Source: Bigelowiella natans CCMP2755 (lineage: Eukaryota; Protista; Cercozoa). From it: DNA of 44,718 bases. The notes beneath the pieces were generated by a model. That model was not told where the DNA came from. It did no database searches and worked only from the letters and a program-made list of their open reading frames with translations. Made by a program: the position numbers and the translations under genes. The stretch covers positions 1-44,718 of the forward strand of contig ADNK01000196.1 of NCBI GenBank assembly GCA_000320545.1, in the 5' to 3' direction. This document shows positions 44,095-44,718 of this stretch, piece by piece; the first letter of the stretch is position 1, and every line of letters starts with the position of its first letter.

Positions 44095-44452
44095 TGTCAG
44101 CGGTCTGGCCGCGCCACCCACGATCAAGGAGCTGTCGCAGCATGCGCACGTCCACTCGTGCTGCACGCTGCGCTGCGCACATGCGCATGGAAGTTCTCAG
44201 AACTTCCAGAATCTTCGAGAACATTCCGGAAGCTTCGAGAACCTTCCAGAAACACTCGAGAGAATTCGAGAGAATTCTGGAAGATTCGAGAATCTTCGCG
44301 AATGCGCCGGAACCCAATGCGCACATGCGTGCAGCGCAAGTCACAAGTCATCATCAGAATCCAAAAGCACACGAGACCGCGTGTTGACTTTCCAACATCA
44401 ACAGCACAGTCCCGCGCACAAAAGCCAAACAGCTACCGCTAGTCCGCTAAAA
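44095..44452 (+). repeat. Putative 5' LTR (358 bp)
   Basis: Starts TGTCAGCGGTCTGGC and ends GCTAGTCCGCTAAAA (11/15 inverted match), abutting the PBS. It ends in AA rather than canonical CA. Predicted TSD half AAGTG (44090-44094). Confidence 0.7.
44189..44313. promoter_or_regulatory. Heat-shock element (HSF-binding) array
   Basis: 10 consecutive perfectly alternating nTTCn/nGAAn pentamers at 44203-44252 and 6 more at 44274-44303. Additional GAA cores at 44190, 44200 and 44310. Confidence 0.88.
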
Positions 44453-44463
44453 GGTTATGAGCC
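44453..44463 (+). promoter_or_regulatory. Primer-binding site complementary to the anticodon arm of initiator tRNA-Met (half-molecule priming)
   Basis: GGTTATGAGCC is the reverse complement of GGCTCATAACC in the tRNA-iMet anticodon stem-loop, the PBS type used by Ty5 and copia. Confidence 0.8.
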
Positions 44464-44638
44464 TCAAGAGGACTTGCTAGAGAACCAACAAAGAAAAGAA
44501 CCAAGCAAACCCCCCACCCCCCCCCTTCAGCTACATCCTTCCAGAAGAAGGAACTGAAAGCGACAACAGCATTCCCTCAGCCAATCTTCGGTCAAGCCTC
44601 CAAAGCACTGAAAACAAAGAAACAGGGAACGAAACAAC

Positions 44639-44718
44639 ATGTCAGAAAAGCAGATAGACTCCCTGCTGAAAAACTTCACCCTCAAGTACGATGGTAGCAC
44701 TACAGCCCTACATGTACA
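44639..44718 (+). CDS. Putative gag N-terminus (3'-partial)
   Basis: MSEKQIDSLLKNFTLKYDGSTTALHV..., open to the window end, ~175 nt after the PBS. KYDGS resembles the (K)FDG motif near gag N-termini. Confidence 0.5.
   Translation, partial: MSEKQIDSLLKNFTLKYDGSTTALHV

Larger units (their letters stand above)
44095..44718 (+). mobile_element. 5' end of a Ty1/copia LTR retrotransposon (half-tRNA-primed, like copia and Ty5), truncated by the window edge
   Basis: LTR with an imperfect terminal inverted repeat, followed immediately by the PBS GGTTATGAGCC, an A/C-rich leader and a gag-like ATG. Confidence 0.75.

Noticed and set aside
44189-44313. 10-bp periodic repeats as a CRISPR array or as coding sequence (ORFs 43988-44442)
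   Set aside because: No unique spacers and a eukaryotic context. The overlapping ORFs stay open largely because the region lacks TpA and hence TAA/TAG stops.

Overview
Intron-rich, microsatellite-rich eukaryotic nuclear DNA, probably from a protist; the taxon cannot be fixed from sequence alone. Most ORF-track entries are exon fragments or microsatellite artefacts, so I spliced the genes by hand. In order: the 3' end of a SMYD-type SET/MYND gene (+); an intronless DUF2834-like membrane protein (-); a Q/A-rich TF with 4 C2H2 fingers (+); the Hsp70 co-chaperone Hip/ST13 (-); a non-RD (HWD) CAMK-like kinase with a KA1-like tail (+); a ~25-exon G-protein-coupled receptor kinase (-); two poorly defined spliced units; COQ10 (-); and a ZZ + SH3b-like + 4xRRM gene (+). 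The window ends inside what looks like a Ty1/copia LTR retrotransposon: LTR 44095-44452, a half-tRNA-iMet PBS and a gag-like start. Its LTR carries 16 perfectly phased nGAAn/nTTCn heat-shock pentamers, so it is a candidate heat-activated element analogous to ONSEN. Other recurring signals: (1) TpA-depleted, CTAG/TGCA/CATG-rich domains downstream of gene 3' ends and in the LTR; (2) local duplications of exon-intron junctions inside introns; (3) GC donors and microexons. Exon models and domain calls come from manual reading and motif recall, not database searches.
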